Shown: piece by piece, positions 12,488 through 24,310 of the stretch
How positions within the stretch are numbered: position 1 is the first letter of the stretch
Layout of the letters: each line of letters begins with the position of its first letter
NCBI RefSeq assembly: GCF_001447785.1
Contig: NW_015167592.1
Location: 214,907 to 278,906, forward strand
DNA from: Gekko japonicus
Lineage: Eukaryota
Reading direction: 5' to 3'
Length of the DNA: 64,000 nt
Program-made: the position numbers and the translations under genes
Notes under the pieces: generated by a model
Databases searched by the model: none
What the model saw: the letters and a program-made list of their open reading frames with translations, nothing else
Told to the model about the DNA's origin: nothing

Positions 12488-13611
12488 CTACAAAAGTAAA
12501 TAAATTTTCCAATCAATATTCTTTGTGGCATTCCAATCACATAAATTGGGCAACATTTTAATTTGAAACAACAAGCCTCATCTTCACAGCTACAAGGAAG
12601 ATAATATTTAGCTTTTCGACTGTTCAGGAAGTGCTTTCTACTGCTAAATAAATAAATTATTCTGGGTAAAAAAATTATTACAGCACTTGTTTGAATGTAA
12701 ATTAGAGTTGAGTAGCACTATAATACCACACCTGTCTCAAAATCTGATAATGTTTCAGTTAATTGCAGCAATTATAAAAGTTGAACCGTGTAAATCTGAC
12801 CTCTAATAATAGTATCATTTATTTTATATACTTTGCCACATCTTTATCACCTTGTAAGCATTTACTCTTCAGTAATATGCTGCAGCTCTGTAAAGCTTTA
12901 ATGTCCTCACTCGGTTTTGTTTTAATACCAGTTAAGTTAGTTTTAATAGAAACCCACAACCGTCAGATTTCCCCAAATCATTAATACTGCTGGGATTTCC
13001 TTCAACTCTCAATGGAAAAGTACTGCCAGGAGTCAGACAAGTGGTCCATCCAGCGCACTGTTCTGACTTGGGCCATGATATCACCTGGATGTTTCAGGAA
13101 GTCTTAACTACACATACTATTAAAGGTGTCTAGTTGAGTCAATTCTTTGGCATGTTTACCTCCTTGGACTCTGCCATTACACATGAGACACCTAATGGCG
13201 GGCCTGTAGCTACTGTGGGGCATTTCGTGGGTTGCTATTACTGCCTCCGTCCAGGGCTGCCACTCCTTTGGGGCCACCTTGCGTTGCTGTCGTGGCGGCT
13301 GCCTTCTCCATGGCATCCGCCTCAGCGTTCCCACCGCTGGGTCCCCCCAAGCCGGTGGGCCTCAAGCCATCCAATGCCAGGGCGGTGTTGGCGCTGGGCT
13401 CCCCCCTGCAGCAGCTTTCAGCTGTAACTCCACTTGCCCCTGCACCTCTGCCTTGGCCGCCACTGCCTCCTCCTCGGCCGCTAACTACACATACTATTAA
13501 AGGAGTCTAGTTGAGTCGATTCTTTGGCATTTTTACCTCCTTGGACTCTGCCATTACACATCAGACACCTAATGGCGGGCCCGTAGCTACTGTGGGGCAT
13601 ATATATATTCT

Positions 13612-13964
13612 GGGAGCTGCGGTGGCTCAAGTGGTTAAGACGCTGAACTGCAGGCTGTGGAAGGTCGGGAGTTCATCAGTTCGAGACCCGAGTGTGCCGC
13701 ATGACGGAGTGAGCTCCCGTCTCTAGTTCCAGCTCCTGCCAACCTAGCAGTTCGAAAGCAAGAAATTGCAAGTAGATAAATAGGTACCACTTCAGTGGAA
13801 AGGTAACACCGTTCCGTGTGCCTTGGTGTTTAGTCATGCCAGCCAAATGACCACGGAAATGTCTTCGGACAGCGCTGGCTCTTCGGCTTTGAAACGGAGA
13901 TGAGCACCACAACCCTAGAGTCGGATTCGACTGGCTTTCGAGCAAGGGAACCTTTACCTTTACC
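13612..13964 (+). mobile_element. Sauria SINE, full length
   Basis: tRNA-like head, (ACCTTT)n tail, and 12-bp TSD tatatatattct (13600-13611 / 13965-13976). Confidence 0.9.
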
Positions 13965-15615
13965 TATATATATTCTAATATTTTAAAGTCGCGCCAGCCA
14001 GCAAGTGAGTGAGTGGCCAGCTCTCCACCTGCCAGCCAGGCAGGTGAGAGCCCCAAATCAGGCCAGCCAAGGAGCATGGTGAGAAGCCTGCCGATGTGGG
14101 GTGGCTGCTGCTATTACTGCCTCCGTCCAGGGCTGCCACTCCTTTGGGGCCACCTTGCATTGCTGTTGTGGCCGCTGCCTTCTCCATGGCATCCGCCTCA
14201 GCGTTCCCACCGCTGGGTTCCCCCAAGCCGGTGGGCCTCAAGCCGTCCAATGCCAGGGCGGTGTTGGCGCTGGGCTCCCCCCTGCAGCAGCTTTCAGCTG
14301 TAACTCCACTTGCCCCTGCACCTCTGCCTTGGCCGCCACTGCCTCCTCCTCGTCCGCCTCACCGGCCACCAGCCTCCTGGCCAGCCTGCCTCAATTCAGC
14401 AGCCTCAGCCCGCTCCTGCTGGTGCTCTACTTCAGCCCCAGCCCCAATGCCGCCGCCATGGGACAATACCCCAAGCCACTGGCTGAGCTGCCCAGCAGGA
14501 CCCCCATCTTCTGGTCATGCAGAGCCCCCCCCCCCAGGAGACGTGCACCTCGCAGGCTTGCCACGTGAGTACCACCTGCCTGCCTTGGTAATTAACTTTA
14601 ATTAACTTTAACCTGATCAACTGCCCTCTCAAACATTTAAATGCCCCTGAAGGGAAAAAATCCTGGCTACGGGCCAGCCTAACGGCCCCCTACCTTGTTA
14701 GAGCATTCCCTTTAGCTCGCCTTAATGCCATCCAATCTGATGTATAACAGGGCAGATTCTGTCATATTCCATATTCAGATAATCTCTGTCCTGTTTTTTT
14801 TTTTTACTGTTTTTAGGAACTCTTGGATCTCACTGCTTTTAACATATTCCTCGTTTAATAAACTTCAAGGGGATAATATTCCCTATCTGTTAGTAGACAG
14901 GGGACCCAAACACAACCTACTTGGTTGCTAAATTTCTGTCTAGCATATTTTCCTTTAGTAAATGATGTAATGTTCTTTTAGTCATTGCTCAAGATCGTCT
15001 GATCATAGGAGCTCTGAAAAGGAAAGATAAGTAAGCAAAGGAGCGCTTCAAACTCTGTCAAAATATTAGGCATTAAAGGGTTTGGGTTGGTATTAAAGCA
15101 GACACCGTGAATCTCTTACCAATTAGTCATATGAATTGTGATCTTGGCCCTGTACAAACATAACATGTAAAACAGTTCCCTGCTGCAATGGGCTTGCAGT
15201 GTACAGAATAAAGCCAGAATGGGAAACTAAAAAGCTGTTTGTTTTCTCACTCCGTAAATCTCTTGCACAGGTTCCTTTACACATTACTACTTCTGGACAA
15301 AGTTACAGAAGTCAACTGTGTACAGTAGGGATGGGCATGAACCAGCTCACGAACATTTTAAATCTACTCTGTGTAAATTCACTTCTGTCTCTTCATTCTA
15401 ATATTATGCCAAAGGGCAAAGGCAGTTTACTACTGACTTATTCCAGCCTATTCAGATATTCCCGTCTTACTCTGTTTTAGAGAACAATTTCAAGCAGCAC
15501 TACATAGAATCTTATTCAGGTCTAGTCCCAGGAAAGTGTTCCTAGGTTTGCACTGATAATCTCACATCTTGTAAACTGAACTGTACAAATATGTAACTTT
15601 TAGAGCAATTCCAAC

Positions 15616-16527
15616 CTCAATCAGTGGACTCTTCTTTTCACAGTTTATACCTCCGATAAGGACCATGTTGGGCATGAGAGGCCTGGGGTGCTCAAATGCA
15701 AAGTCATAGCGTAGAAGCCAAACAGATGCCTGGCTGTATAGCTCCGACACTGTCACCTCTCGCTGAAGGAATTCTGTGCTGAGAACATGGAATGGTGAAT
15801 AAAGAAGGTAACAAAATAAGAATTCCAAAGAGGCAGCAAGGAAGTTCTTCACTCGCTGACTGAAGTCCATATGATCTGTGTTGCCGGTGAAGAATCTTGG
15901 GACATAAGAAGGTGGATTTGGACACTGAGTTGCCTCTAAACCGCAGGGGAATCCCCGTGAGTAGTAAACAGAAGGGAGGGATAAACGCTCAGCTACTATC
16001 TGTCCACAGGGCGACACCGGAACCATAAATACAACATCAAATTGGTTTTCCTCCAGGTAAGCAATCATCTCTTTGTTGTACAAAAGTTCCTTGCAAGTGT
16101 TGAGGAAAAGTGTGGAAATAATTCTTGTTCTTGCAATCGTCTCAGTCATTCTTGCCAGGAAAGGCTGCTGTGAAAAAATGTTCTGGCCAATATTTTGGAG
16201 TTGTTCTTTCATGTATTCTTCTGTGTAGGACACAGCAAATGTCTTCAGTGTGTAATGTAGAGATGGCTCAATCCTCATGTTCACGTCAGGAGCAACCACT
16301 ACGATCTCGTGTCCCTTCTGGTGAAGACGTTCCACAACCAGACGCATACTGAGCCAGTGACTGTTATCCAAGGGGATTACCAAAACCTTCCCTCCATCTG
16401 AAAGGCTCCAGAAAAGGGAAGTAAGTAACAGCCAGGTGGGCATCTGGCAAATGCCTTGGAGCGGAGGAGCCTTCTTAGCATTTGGACTCTTGTTTAATTC
16501 AAAGTTAAATGAGTATAAAAACTTCAT
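15616..16527 (-). CDS. UGT1A: UGT1A variable exon 1-A (most proximal), aglycone-binding N-terminal domain
   Basis: Open frame with hydrophobic signal segment, GKVLVIPLDNSHW, CPNPPSYVP and IGGINC motifs. Donor GAG|GTtgga at 15614-15615. Start is uncertain: ATG 16527 (A at -3) or ATG 16443. Confidence 0.93.
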
Positions 16528-16997
16528 CGTGAACACCACACGGAATGTGAGTTGCTCTCCGAGCCGCTCTTTTTACCCTTTATTCTGTAAATGTTTAATT
16601 TCCCATGACTTGCTTGTCCAGAAGGGCACAGCTTGGTCAAAGGCTGGCTCTGTCAATATTTCTTGATTTAGACAGTTGACATCAAATTCATTAGTAAAAT
16701 GTTGATATGCTGAGCGAAAAGAGGACCGGTTCCCCTTCAAGGTACTTTACAGGAAGAATGAACTAAACGAGGGCTTTTTAATCGTTTCTAGTGTTTGCAA
16801 ATCAAGATCCCTTTGCATGTACAAAGTGTGGAATACCTCTTATCTCAATTCATCCTCACGGCAACCTGAAAGAAGTTTATGATAAGAACCAATGACTTGC
16901 ACAAGAGGTTACTAAGCCGGTCAAAGGCCACTTAGTACTAATTAGCAAACATATATAGCAGCACATGTATACCTGACCAGTACCCATTACTCAGAAT

Positions 16998-17339
16998 CAG
17001 GGGTCATTTCGTAGAAAAAGAGCTAGAGGAACTCATTAGCATAACTCATTAGCATATGCCACACCCCCTGACATCAGGGGCCCGGCGGTGGACCTGCAAG
17101 GCCGGCGGGAGTGCGAGGAAGCCCCGCCAAGGCCCTCCCTGGCCCCAGGCAGGCAGGGGTGGGGAGAGGCGGGGAGGAAGCAACTTACCCTCCCTCTTCT
17201 CCTGCCTCCTCCTGGCTGAATGAGGGCTGGAAGCGGGGCGGCCGGAAGCAGGGGGCAGGGCTTTGTCATGTGCCCCGCCCCCCTGCACCTCACCCGGGGG
17301 AACTGCGTTCCCCCGCGTTCCCCCCCGAAATGACCTCTG
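16998..17339. mobile_element. hAT-like MITE
   Basis: TIRs caggggtcatttcg / cgaaatgacctctg. Absent from the paralogous 1-B upstream region. Confidence 0.75.
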
Positions 17340-17387
17340 CCCCAATTGTATATATGTGCTTGTGCTTATAGTCGTCTGGAGCAAAAT

Positions 17388-17600
17388 ATAGAATCATAGA
17401 ATCATCACAGAGTTGGAAGGTTCCCTACAGACCATCTAGTCCAACCCCCTGCCCAATGCCAGACCAGCCTAAAGCATCTCTGACAAATATTCGTCCAGCC
17501 TCTTCTTGAAAGCTGTCAGTGAAGGGGAGCCCACCACCTTCCTAGGCAGCTGCTTCGACCCTTGAACCACTCTGACTGCGAAAAAGGTTTTCCTATCCCA
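17388..17600 (-). mobile_element. CR1 3' end fragment
   Basis: atagaatcatagaatc tail plus ctagtccaacccc, typical of a CR1 3' end. Similar pieces at about 52490 and 54470. Confidence 0.75.
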
Positions 17601-19085
17601 ATAGCCACAAAAAAACTAAAATCACAAAAACTTCAATTGAATTGTAAGTATTAAAAAGTGTGCATCAAAATCCACTTGGTTGCATATATCAGTACCTTCC
17701 CCTTGTGTTAAAAAAACCCCCTTTTTAATAAAATTGCTGTTACATGCGAGGGTGTCACACACTTACAAGCTTCTTCCCTATGGCCAAGAACAGTTATCAG
17801 TAACATAAAATACATGTAAATCAAACACATTTCAGCCATGAAGTTTTCCTTAGCGGTTTCAGTTTTTATAATACACATCATGCAATGAAATCAAATGATG
17901 GATTTTGATGCCATTTTTAATATTTACAAGTTGATTAAACGTTTGTGGTCTTAACATAGTTTTAGCTTTTTTGTTATTGACACTGATATTTCCATATTAT
18001 TTTTTTCAACATTTTTTGTTACCTTCTATGGCATTATACCCTGCTGAGGTCCGCCCCCATGCCAAACCCCACCCTCCCCAGGCTCCACCCCCTAAACCTA
18101 CAGATATTTCCAAACCCAGAGTTGCCAACCCTACCCACAGTGAAAATAATGCCTTCCTGGCCATATTGGCTCTGGAAAACAACTCTCTTAAACAGTGAAT
18201 GAGCCCTAAAAAGGTCAGAACAAATAATTTTTTCCCTGGCACATATCTACAGGATATATCTTTTAAAAAATTAAATTGCTCTTCGGATTAATTAAACTGC
18301 TAGTGGTTTTAAGGTCAGTAGCCTGGATTAGAAATCCCACTAATTTTACAAGCTAACTCCTTGCACATAATGGAAACTTTTACTCTTAAAATACGGTGGG
18401 AACTTCCGGATGATCACGTTGTCCCATGACAGTTTCAGTCATCCTATAAAACTTGATAATGCAAATCTAACCTCATTCACCAATAATTATGTTACATCAC
18501 AGATGGCCTGGGATCTTCAAGAGTTCTGGGCAATCCACCTTACCAATAGCAGGTGTAAATAATTCTGCATTCAGAGGGCAGCCCTAAGTAGAGCTGAAGT
18601 CAATGGGCTTAGCAGAATGTAATGCTACTGACTGCACTGTTGGTAATGTACCTGCATTCAGACGCTAGTGGTGGTTTGTTGCATCAGCCATATTTTATTT
18701 ATATATTTATATAGTGCTACTGGTAACTAAGACTTAGGGTAGGTAAGATGCTCGTTTCAATTTCTCCCTGGATTATCCTGAGAGAATTGTCATCCTCAAT
18801 TTACTTTAGGGTTTCCAACTCCAGTTTGGAGATCTGGGGGTGGAGCCTGCAGAAAGCAGGGTTTGGAGAGGGGGAGGGACCCGAGCAAGGCATAAGACTA
18901 TAGAGTCCAAAGCAGCTATTGTCTCCACAAGAACTGATCTCTGCAGTCTGGAAGTCAATTGTAATTCTGGGAGATCTCCAGGGGGCTGGCACCCCTAACA
19001 CCGCTTTGAAGTTGGGAAAAGTTGAGGCTGAGAGACAGTGACTTTCCATCCGTGTTCTTGTCTAAGGACGAAACTGACATCTGAA

Positions 19086-19416
19086 TAGGCTTGCCAAGTC
19101 CCCCCGGGGGGCGGGGAAACCCCCGCCCCAGAGGCCCGTTCCCCGCCGGCGGTGGATCGGGCCCCGGGGGGAACCCCACCCCGACATGCTCGTTACCCCG
19201 AAAGTGAAATGACATCGTCGGGCACGCTGTGGGCGGGGCCACAGTCATCCGAGGGAAAACTCTATGGTTTTCCCTCGGATGGTCGTGGCCCCGCCCCCAG
19301 CGTGCCCGGCGTCGTCACATCACTTCCAGGTGATGTGCATGCGGCGAAGCGCGCGCGCACTACAGCCGCCAGCGGGGTATACCCCGCTGGCACTATATTT
19401 TGACTTGGCAATCCTA
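19086..19416. mobile_element. hAT MITE
   Basis: TIRs taggcttgccaa / ttggcaatccta and 8-bp TSD catctgaa. Confidence 0.88.
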
Positions 19417-19777
19417 CATCTGAATGTGATCTGATAAGTGCTAGAATGTTTCATTCAATAATGGGCATTCCTTTTATTTAATGCCTTGATGAACAGAGAG
19501 CTTTATCCCTGAACTTCTAGTCTAGTTCTTCCTCAGTTAATAGATGATGTAGAGCAGAAGTGTTAGACTCATTTGTTACAAGAGCAGATATGACATAAAT
19601 GTCATTTTGTCGGGCCGGGCCATGTGTGCCATACAACACAAAGCCAAGTACCGGAGATATAAGGGGCACTGGAAAACCCAATTAACAATATTATTTTTAC
19701 TCAAAATACAAACAAAAGCAATTGATTCCTAGCAGTGAAAGCAGTTGATTTACTGGGGAACCCATGAAAGCCCCAAT

Positions 19778-20746
19778 CAGGGCTGGATTGCCCACTAGGC
19801 GAACTAGGCGCTCGCCTAGGGCGCGCGGCCCTCAGGGGTGCCAAACTACACCCCACCACCCTAACCGGGCGATCGCTGCTGCTATGGCGGCTGGCAAGCG
19901 TGCAGAGGCGAGAAGCGCTGGGGGGTTCCACCCTCCGGCCCCACGGCAGCTGAGCCCCCCCTCCCGGATAGAGAGATAAGAAAGGCTCTGCCCGCCCGTC
20001 CCTCTCTCGCGCTCTCTCCCTGCGGCAAGGGAGGGAAGCAGGGGAGGGAGGGAGGAAGGCAGCACGGAGGCAGAGGGCGCCATGGGGTGCGGGGGGCTCT
20101 TCTTCCTTCTCCTCGGCACAGCTCAGCGCAGCCCCAGCAGCGGCGCCAGGCGTGGAAGCTGCTGTGGCAGCCACCCAGTGTGGGCTGGCAACTTGGGGGC
20201 CAGCATGCTGCACCCAGCTGGGAGGCTACCCACCCCCCCACCCGGCGGAGTGTGCAGAAGGATGGGGGGGCGCTCCAGCGGGCCAGCTGCCCTGGCGTGG
20301 CGCGAAGCTGCTGCTACTGCCCCCTCCTCCTCTACTGCCATGGCCCGTCCGCAGCACCATGGCCCCAGCAGCCAGCCGGCCGGCTGGACTCCACTCTGGA
20401 GTGTCCGATTCCACTCGGCTCCACTCAGCAGCAGCAGCCGGTCCCGCCGGAGCTCCAGAGACGCTGCCGCCTCCACTGTGATGGCTCCCCGCACATGGTG
20501 GCTGGGTGCGTGATCCCCGACCAACCGATCAACCACCTGGCTGGTCAGCCAGCCGTGCCGCTGCCCGGGCAGCTCTGCCCCTCTGTGCCACCAGGCCCTG
20601 CCCCCAAGCCAGACCCACGACGCAGCTCACCCGCCCTCCCCCTCCCCCCTGGGGGGAGGAGGTGGCATCAAAAGGGTCTCCAGGCCCCCCCGGGAGGTTG
20701 GAATCTGCGCCTGCCTAGGGCGCAGAAGCACCTCGAGCCGGCCCTG
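19778..20746. mobile_element. GC-rich non-autonomous hAT element nested in an older DNA element (about 19555-20903)
   Basis: TIRs cagggctgg / ccggccctg and 8-bp TSD gccccaat. Confidence 0.85.
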
Positions 20747-21155
20747 GCCCCAATAAATAATCTTATGCAAGGCTAGGTTTTCCGCAAGGGATACCATGAA
20801 AGTGGGAGTACCTGACATTTCCATACATACCAATTGCTTGCGGGCCGGTTAAGTGCCCCAGATGGGCCAGTTCCGGCCCCCGAGCCTTATATTTGACACC
20901 CTGATGTACAGTTCTCATTCACTAGCTTCTTCATTTGTGGCATCCTGAAAAGATGTGGTTTAAACCTACTACAGACATTTTAGGATACAAGGAAGTCTAA
21001 ACTACTGGAGGGCACAGTAGTGTTAGTTTTCCCCATGCCAGAATCTTAATTTTACTCATGTCTACTCCCAGGGGAGTGTTCCTAGGTTTACACTGATAAT
21101 TGCACATCTTGTAAATTGAACTGTACTTATATGTAACTTTTAGAGCAATTCCAAC

Positions 21156-22202
21156 CTCAGTCAGCGGACTCTTCTTTTCACAGTTTATACCTCCGATAAG
21201 GACCATGTTGGGCATGAGAGGCCTGGGATAATCAAATGCAAAGTCCAAGCGCAGAAGCCAAACGGATGCCTGGCTGTATAACTCACGGGCCGTCACCTCT
21301 CGCTGAAGGAACTCTGTGCCGAGAACACTGAAAGGTGAATGAAGGAGAGAACAAATCAGGAATTGCGAAGAGCTGACGAGAAAGTTCTTCACTCGCTGAC
21401 TGAAGTCCATATGATCTGTGTTGCTGGTGAGGAATCCTGGGACATAAGAAGGTGGATTTGGACACTGAGTTCCCTCTAAACTACAGGGGAACCATATTGA
21501 GTAGTAAACAGAAGGGAGGGATAAATGCTCAGCCACTATCTGTCCACATGGTGATGCTGGAACCATAAATACAACTTCAAACTGGTTTTCCTCCAGGTAA
21601 GCAATCATCTCTTTGTTGTACAAAAGTTCCTTGCAGGTGTTGAAGAAAAAATTGGAGATATTTCTTGTTTTTGCCATCGTCTCAGTGATTTTTGCCAGGA
21701 AAGGCAGCTGTGAAAAAGCGTTCTGGCCAAATGCTTTAATGTCTTCTTTCATGTATTCTTCTGTGTAGGACACAGCAAATGTCTTCAGTGTGTAATGTAC
21801 AGATGGCTTAATCCTCATGTTTACGTCAGGAGCAACCACTACGATCTCATGTCCCTTCTGGTGAAGTTGTTCCACAACCAGACGCATACTGAGCCAGTGA
21901 CTGTTATCCAAGGGGATTACCAAAACCTTCCCTCCATCTGAAAGGCTCCAGAAAAGGGAAGTAAGTAACAGCCAGGTGGGCATCTGGCAAATGCCTCTGA
22001 GCAGAGAAGTCTTCTTAGCATTTGGGCTCTTCTTTAATTCAAAATTAAATGAGTATAAAAACTTCATCGTGAACACCACACAGAATGTGAGTTGCTCTCC
22101 GAGCCGCTCTTTTTCCCCTTTATTCTGTAAATGGAGCGGAGGAGCCTTCTTAGCATTTGGACTCTTGTTTAATTCAAAGTTAAATGAGTATAAAAACTTC
22201 AT
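21156..22202 (-). CDS. UGT1A: UGT1A variable exon 1-B (close paralogue of 1-A)
   Basis: Open frame with the same motifs as 1-A. Donor GT at 21154-21155. In-frame ATGs at 22202, 22067 and 21983, so the start is uncertain because of a 135-bp tandem duplication. Confidence 0.92.
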
Positions 22203-22882
22203 CGTGAACACCACACAGAATGTGAGTTGCTCTCCGAGCCGCTCTTTTTACCCTTTATTCTGTAAATGTTTAATTTCCCATGACTTGCTTGTCCAGAAGG
22301 GCACAGCTTGGTCAAAGGCTGGCTCTGTTAATATTTCTTGATTTAGACAGCTGACATCAAATTCATTAGCAAAATGTTGATATGCTGGGGTGGAAAGAGG
22401 ACCGGTTCCCCTTCAAGGTATTTTACAGGAAGAATGAACTAAACAAGGGCTGCAAATATTTTGTTATTTTAAGTCATGTTTAATGTTTGTGAATCAAGAA
22501 CCTTTTACATGTACAAAATGCTTAATAGATCTTATCTCATTTCTCCCGCGGAGCAACCAGAAAGGAATTTGTGATAAGAACTAATGACATGCACAAGAGA
22601 TAACTGATAAAGGGGAAAGGCCACTATAGCAAACATATAGCAGCATATGTATACATGGGCAAAACCCATTACCAAGAATAAATACATGTGCTTGTCCTTG
22701 GGAGATCATCTGTAGTTAGGTTAATAGCATTTTTGCGTAGGGTTGCCAGCCTCCAGGTGGGGCCTGGGGGTCTCCAGCTTTTACAACTGACCTCCAGCTA
22801 ACACAGATCAGCTCCCCTGGAGAAAATGGCTGTTTTGAAGGGTGGACTCTGTGGCATTGTACCATGCTGAGGCCCCTGACGG

Positions 22883-23217
22883 TGTTTGAAGTCAGAAGTA
22901 GCAGAGTAGTTGTGGTAGAGTATATACAGTTTATTTACAGAGCTATATACATACACGCAGCTTTGCAGCAGTTCACAGTTCTGTCTGACAAAGTGCTTCG
23001 CTGAATATACAACCATAAGGCAGGCTACTTGGTCAAGAACCTTTCTCAATATATACATCTGTTGACTAATCATAGTTCAGCACTGTACAACTGCTTAGTC
23101 ATCCTGACATTAGCAGATATGATGCAACCTTAGGTATCATGTGACCTCCTTGATTACTTTAGATCATCTAGATCTAACTCCTGTACATGACATGCTGTCA
23201 TCTTGCTTATACCAACA
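22883..23217 (-). mobile_element. Putative solo LTR inserted in a hAT MITE
   Basis: TGTT...AACA ends, with TATATA (about 23050) and AATAAA (about 22930) on the minus strand. It splits a tagggttgcca-type MITE. Confidence 0.6.
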
Positions 23218-23339
23218 GCCCTCCCCTCCCCAAACCTTGCCCTCACCTGGATCCACCCCCAAAGACTCCAGGTATTTTCCAACCCAGACCTGGAAACCCT
23301 ATATTTGTGCATGCACAGTTTTGGTCCCTTGACTTCAAT

Positions 23340-23470
23340 GGCCTGGGCAAACCCGATCGCATCAGTTCTCAGAAGCTAAGCGAGTTCGGACCTGCTTAGT
23401 ACTTGGATGGGAGACCACCAAGGAAGTCCAGGATTGCCATGCAGAGGCAGGCAGTGGGAAACCGCCTGAT
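23340..23470 (+). mobile_element. 5S rRNA-derived SINE
   Basis: cccgatc...gaagctaagc...ttagtacttggatgggagacc, followed by non-5S sequence. Confidence 0.65.
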
Positions 23471-23729
23471 TCACCGCCTTTCTCATTACCTAGCTGATCT
23501 GGCCATGCTGATCCATGCTTCTGCAACCTCACAGATGGATTACTGCAACACAACCTATGTGGGGCTGCCCTTGAAGACAACTCAGAAATGTACAACTGTT
23601 CTAGAATGTGGGCGGCCCAATTGCTGTCAGGGGTTAGCCACCAGGAACATATGTTGCCCATGGAAACAGCTTCATGGGCTGCCAGGCAGTTTCCAGGTGC
23701 AGTTCAAGGTAGCAAGCTCTTTTAATGGA

Positions 23730-24310
23730 TTTTTGCACCCAGTCCCTCGGGCATGCGCAAGAACCCCACCACGCATGCCCAGAGGGGTGGGTGCAGACAT
23801 CCCGCCAGTTCCTTTCTTACCGCTGCGTTGAGTAGACCTCTTTTTCGTCGGTCCGATCGGTTCGCTTCTAGCTATTCACCTCAGCTCTTGGGAATTTTTT
23901 TTTTACTCTATTTTTTCTTTCTAGTTGTTTGTTCTTCAAAAAAACCCATTTTTTTATTTTTTCTTGAGGGGGAGTCTACCGATTACCTCAAGCCTTTGGG
24001 CTACCCCCCCCCCAACGTTCCCCCTTCTTCGCTTCTTTTATGGAGAAGAAGTGGGGCTTTTTCAACAGGTGCAAGGGTTGCGGCAGCAAACTTGCTCCTC
24101 CCGACCGTCATACCCTCTGCATTTTTTGCCTCGGAGAGTCTCACCAGCCAGAGTCCTGTCGTCACTGTGCGCGTTTCTCCAATCAAACGAGAAAAAACTG
24201 TGCTGAGCGCCTTAAAGTGGCGCTGCTTGAGTCGGCCCTTGCTCCTGCCTCAGCGATGGAGGAGAGACCATCTACATCGACAGCTCCAGCATCGAGGCCT
24301 GCCTCCGATG
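23730..24310 (+). mobile_element. DIRS-type retrotransposon 5' fragment (ORF1 Cys/His-rich N-terminus)
   Basis: ORF 24040: CKGCGSKLAPPDRHTLCIFCLGESHQPESCRHC, a pattern typical of vertebrate DIRS1 ORF1. Confidence 0.7.

Noticed and set aside
19701-20776. Many overlapping ORFs in GC-rich DNA (also 13100-14600 and 48365-49257)
   Set aside because: Stop-poor GC-rich repeat interiors with no recognisable domain.
23340-23470. 5S rRNA gene (also about 8745)
   Set aside because: Only a degenerate 5S-like head followed by unrelated body sequence, so it is a SINE.
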